Source of the DNA: a virus | Length of the DNA: 44,624 bases | Strand: one strand, 5' to 3' | IMG/VR virus record: IMGVR_UViG_3300028840_001024 | Shown here: piece after piece, positions 41,282 to 44,624 of the stretch | Layout of the letters: each line of letters begins with the position of its first letter | Numbering within the stretch: the stretch's first letter is position 1 | Program-made: the position numbers and the translations under genes | Notes under the pieces: generated by a model | The model's database searches: none | What the model was told of the DNA's origin: nothing | The model's input: the letters and a program-made list of their open reading frames with translations, nothing else

Positions 41282-42646
41282 GTGAAGTATTCAGAGTTTA
41301 TAAAAACTAAAGAAAGATCAATTAAAAATATCGGGTTCAAACCTGTATTTATGCCTGATATTTTATTTGACTTTCAGCATGATCTTGTTGTGTGGGCTGT
41401 CAAAAAAGGTAAGGCTGCAATTTGGGCCGGATGTGGTCTTGGTAAAACATTAATGCAATTAACATTTGCACAAAACGTTTATTTAAAAACTAAAAAACCT
41501 ATTTTGATACTTGCACCATTGGGCGTTACAGCACAAACAAAAAAAGAAGGCTTATTAATTGGTTTAGATATTAATATTTGTTCTGATAGTAATGATATTA
41601 TTAGTGGTATAAATATAACGAACTACGAAAAATTACATAAGTTTGATTGTTCTGTTTTCTCTGGAATCATCCTTGATGAATCGAGTATATTGAAAAATTT
41701 TTCAGGCGCTATTAAAACAAAAATAGTCGAAAGCTTTTACAACACTAAATATAAGCTATGCTGTTCTGCTACTCCATCACCAAACGATTTTACGGAAATT
41801 GGAACACATGCTGAATTTTTAAATGTATGTTCCAGGGTTGAAATGTTGGCGACATATTTTATTCATGACTCAGGATCAACTCAAAAGTGGCGATTGAAAG
41901 GCCATGCAGAGAGCAAGTTTTTTAAATGGGTTTCTAATTGGGCTGTTATGATTGAGAAACCGTCTGATATTGGTTATGACGATGCACATATGAAATTACC
42001 ACCTCTTAATATGTTTGAACATATTGTAAAGTCAGAGCCAGAACATGGTGAATTGTTTGTCAGATATGCAGAGACTTTGAATGAAAGAAGACAGGCAAGA
42101 AAGGAAAGTATTGGTGACAGGTGCAAGCTCGCAGCCGATCTTAACAATTCAACGTCAGAGCAATTCTTAAACTGGTGCAATTTAAATGATGAAAGTTCAT
42201 TACTAACAGAATTAATCGATAATTGTGTTGAGGTTAAAGGTGCAGATAAAAACGAAAAGAAAGAAAAAAACATGCTGGCATTTTCAGAAAATGAAATAGA
42301 AAAACTTACCACCAAACCAAAAATAGCACAATTCGGCCTTAATTGGCAATCGTGCCATAATATGTGTTTTGTTGGCCTGTCGGATTCTTTTGAATCATTT
42401 TATCAGGCGCTAAGGCGTTGTTATAGGTTTGGTCAGAAACACCCGGTAAATGTTCATATTATTATTTCAGAAAAAGAGGGAAATGTTCTTGAAAACATTA
42501 AGAGGAAAGAGGCAAACGCAAAGGCAATGCTTGAAAGAATGGTTAAACATATCAGTTTAAATAGTGTTAACCAAATCAAAACAGGATCAAGAAAATCTAA
42601 AACTAAAACAGAAACTTTTATTATACCTAAATTTATGAGGAACTAA
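41282..42646 (+). CDS. SNF2/DEAD-like superfamily 2 helicase
   Basis: Motif I AGCGLGKT, motif II ILDESS, motif VI QALRRCYRFGQ. GTG start with AGGAGGATGGAG upstream. Confidence 0.8.
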   Translation: MKYSEFIKTKERSIKNIGFKPVFMPDILFDFQHDLVVWAVKKGKAAIWAGCGLGKTLMQLTFAQNVYLKTKKPILILAPLGVTAQTKKEGLLIGLDINICSDSNDIISGINITNYEKLHKFDCSVFSGIILDESSILKNFSGAIKTKIVESFYNTKYKLCCSATPSPNDFTEIGTHAEFLNVCSRVEMLATYFIHDSGSTQKWRLKGHAESKFFKWVSNWAVMIEKPSDIGYDDAHMKLPPLNMFEHIVKSEPEHGELFVRYAETLNERRQARKESIGDRCKLAADLNNSTSEQFLNWCNLNDESSLLTELIDNCVEVKGADKNEKKEKNMLAFSENEIEKLTTKPKIAQFGLNWQSCHNMCFVGLSDSFESFYQALRRCYRFGQKHPVNVHIIISEKEGNVLENIKRKEANAKAMLERMVKHISLNSVNQIKTGSRKSKTKTETFIIPKFMRN

Positions 42647-42649
42647 ATC

Positions 42650-43558
42650 ATGTTGAATCAGGAACATTCAGAAAACTGGAGCTTGTATAATGGTGATTGT
42701 GTTGAAATAATTAGTAACTTTGAAGATAACAGCCTTGACTATTCTATTTTTTCGCCACCTTTCGCATCTTTATATACATATTCAGACTCAATTAATGACA
42801 TGGGCAACAGCGCATCTGATGAAGAGTTTTATACACAATTCAGCTATCTTGTTAAAGAATTATACCGTACCATTAAGGCTGGCAGAATTGTTTCGTTTCA
42901 TTGTATGCTTATCCCAGCAATGAAGGAAAGAGACGGGTTTATCGGGATTAAAGATTTCAGAGGTGACCTTATCCGGATGTTTCAAAAAGAGGGTTTTATA
43001 TTTCATTCAGAGGTTACAATATGGAAAGACCCATTAATAGAAGCAGTAAGAACAAAAGCGCTTGGTTTGATGCACAAGCAACTATGTAAAGATTCATCTA
43101 TGTGCCGTCAGGGATTGCCTGATTATGTTGTATCTATGAGAAAACCAGGGGTAAACGAAAACTTTATAACACACGAAACAGGATTAACTTGCTATGCTGG
43201 CGCTGTGACTCCTGAAGGGGATGTTTTATCGCATGAGATTTGGCGAAAGTACGCTTCACCTGTATGGAATGATATCCGGCAAGGGAACACATTAAATAAA
43301 CTTCCAGCAAGAGATGAAAAAGATGAAAAGCATATTTGCCCATTACAACTCGATGTTATCGAAAGATGTATAACTTTATGGAGTAATCCAGGGGATATAG
43401 TTTTTTCTCCATTTGGTGGTATCGGTTCAGAGGGTTATAAAGCTGTTGAAATGGGCCGTAAATCAATAGCAACTGAGCTTAAAACAAATTATTACGATGT
43501 CGCTATTAAAAACATGAGACAGATTGAAAACAAACCTAAACAATTGGAGCTATTCTAA
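42650..43558 (+). CDS. DNA methyltransferase, beta class (N4-cytosine or N6-adenine)
   Basis: Motif IV SPPF (DYSIFSPPFASLY) lies N-terminal to motif I FSPFGGIGSEG. Confidence 0.8.
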   Translation: MLNQEHSENWSLYNGDCVEIISNFEDNSLDYSIFSPPFASLYTYSDSINDMGNSASDEEFYTQFSYLVKELYRTIKAGRIVSFHCMLIPAMKERDGFIGIKDFRGDLIRMFQKEGFIFHSEVTIWKDPLIEAVRTKALGLMHKQLCKDSSMCRQGLPDYVVSMRKPGVNENFITHETGLTCYAGAVTPEGDVLSHEIWRKYASPVWNDIRQGNTLNKLPARDEKDEKHICPLQLDVIERCITLWSNPGDIVFSPFGGIGSEGYKAVEMGRKSIATELKTNYYDVAIKNMRQIENKPKQLELF

Positions 43559-43917
43559 TGGATAAAATATACATCGCAATCCCATATTCCAGCGTCAATA
43601 AAGAAGAGTCTTTTCGCCTGTCAAACAAGATTGCAGCGGAGCAATATAAAATGGGTAATATTGTCTATGCACCGGTATCACATTCCCACCCGATAGCAAT
43701 CCAGGAGGGTTTGCCTGGTGGGTTTGAATTTTGGGAGAAAATTGATTTTGAGTTTATCCGGTGGGCTGATTATGTTTTAGTCATTAAAATGGAAGGGTGG
43801 AAAGAGTCTAAAGGTGTTCAAAAAGAGATAGCATATTGCAGGATGGTACTTAAAAAGCCCGTTCACTTATTAGATTTAGAAACCAGAATATTAACGGAGG
43901 ATATAACAAATGAATAG
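43558..43917 (+). CDS. DUF1937 / nucleoside 2-deoxyribosyltransferase-like protein
   Basis: IYIAIPYS....YAPVSHSHP....ADYVLVIKMEGWKESKGVQKEI follows the DUF1937 pattern. Confidence 0.55.
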   Translation: MDKIYIAIPYSSVNKEESFRLSNKIAAEQYKMGNIVYAPVSHSHPIAIQEGLPGGFEFWEKIDFEFIRWADYVLVIKMEGWKESKGVQKEIAYCRMVLKKPVHLLDLETRILTEDITNE

Positions 43918-44095
43918 AAATGATTTTAAATTTAGAAGCCAGTATAAAAAAGCGATAATTGAAGAAATTAAAAAATATAGGTCTGAGGGTGGTACTTATC
44001 GAGAGATCGCAGAAATATTTAATGAAAATAATTACGAAACATTGACAGGTAAGGGTAAGTGGCACTTTGGGTCTGTTTATCAGACTTTTGTTTAA
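43910..44095 (+). CDS. small HTH protein (recombinase-HTH-like)
   Basis: GGTYREIAEIFNENNYETLTGKGKW resembles the resolvase/recombinase HTH segment. There is no catalytic domain. Confidence 0.45.
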   Translation: MNRNDFKFRSQYKKAIIEEIKKYRSEGGTYREIAEIFNENNYETLTGKGKWHFGSVYQTFV

Positions 44096-44122
44096 ACTAT
44101 TCTAAAGCGAAAAGGAGAGACG

Positions 44123-44281
44123 ATGTTTAGATTTTTAAATAAAATAATAAATAAGTTATTTAGAAAAGAAATAATTATTATAAATCTCAAAGATTATTAT
44201 TGGGATTATCGACCTATAGAGCCTGATAATGGTGGCACTATTATTGAGCCTAAAGAAATAAAGTGGATTAAAACAAAGTAG
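44123..44281 (+). CDS. hypothetical protein (52 aa)
   Basis: AAGGAGAGA RBS. Below the track cutoff. Confidence 0.4.
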   Translation: MFRFLNKIINKLFRKEIIIINLKDYYWDYRPIEPDNGGTIIEPKEIKWIKTK

Positions 44282-44309
44282 TTGACTTGCGCTGAGAATG
44301 ATGTAATAT
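44282..44309 (+). promoter_or_regulatory. sigma70-like promoter (TTGACT-16 nt-TAATAT)
   Basis: -35 at 44282-44287 and -10 at 44304-44309, upstream of 44345..44533. Confidence 0.45.
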
Positions 44310-44344
44310 TAAAGTGAAACAGAAATTAAAAAGGAGAGAGAGAG

Positions 44345-44533
44345 ATGGCAAGTTTAATTAAGTACGAGAACAAACAGGGTTACCACATGAAAAAAAAAGA
44401 AGCGGATAACATGATGAGGGTTTACGAGTGGTTTAAAGAAAACAGAACCGGAACGATGAAGGACTGTCAAGAATCAACTGGGTTATCACATGTGACAGTT
44501 AGGAAGCATATGAGAATACTTGGGTTGAAATAA
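44345..44533 (+). CDS. small HTH DNA-binding protein
   Basis: TMKDCQESTGLSHVTVRKHMRILG is HTH-like. AAGGAGAGAGAGAG RBS. The 3' end lies in the terminal repeat. Confidence 0.55.
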   Translation: MASLIKYENKQGYHMKKKEADNMMRVYEWFKENRTGTMKDCQESTGLSHVTVRKHMRILGLK

Positions 44534-44624
44534 AAAAGGAAAGCCCTCGTCAAAGGGCTTAGAGTGGAGAGATAGGAAATATCAACTACCTACCTTATAC
44601 CACACAACTATTAATATGTCAAAC
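44481..44624. repeat. terminal direct repeat copy 2 (identical to 1-144)
   Basis: Read directly. Confidence 0.95.

Overview
The window is one complete dsDNA phage genome with podovirus-like organisation. Bases 1-144 recur exactly at 44481-44624, so the unique circle is 44,480 bp. A long + strand gene set runs 40495 -> window end -> 1 -> 35238. In order it carries: Xis-like HTH, SNF2-like helicase, beta-class DNA methyltransferase and a DUF1937-like protein; a DUF4373-type replisome organizer, DnaB and SSB; a DUF1064-like PD-(D/E)xK nuclease; an M15 peptidase endolysin, a lipase_3-like hydrolase, a lipoprotein and small membrane proteins; four consecutive signal-peptide proteins; then TerS, TerL, portal, a GroES-like protein, scaffold, capsid, tail and internal-virion proteins, and a 672-aa beta-helix tailspike. 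A divergent - strand early block (40339 -> 35354) encodes a YqaJ-type exonuclease, a NinB-like protein, a wHTH protein, an HNH/DUF968-like protein and many small Cys-rich or acidic proteins. I saw no integrase, DNA or RNA polymerase, reverse transcriptase, transposase or CRISPR array. The most unusual content is two ORF-free, highly structured loci that flank an RHH-hypothetical-SSB cassette. The first (3485-3851) is closed by a 28-bp helix whose only imperfections are G-U compatible on the + strand. It contains a circularly permuted tRNA-like module (T arm, GNRA-capped acceptor-like hairpin, U8/A9, D arm). The second (4855-5051) holds a tRNA-like element with a poorly paired acceptor stem and an AAA anticodon loop, followed by a 112-nt element that has a perfect acceptor stem and T arm but a non-tRNA interior. 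Other notable points: a single in-frame TGA separates a 65-aa ORF from TerL; that ORF copies the capsid N-terminus; a Sec-signal protein cluster includes a beta-helix enzyme; an ORF overlaps the portal 3' end. All functional calls come from motifs read by eye and none was checked against a database.
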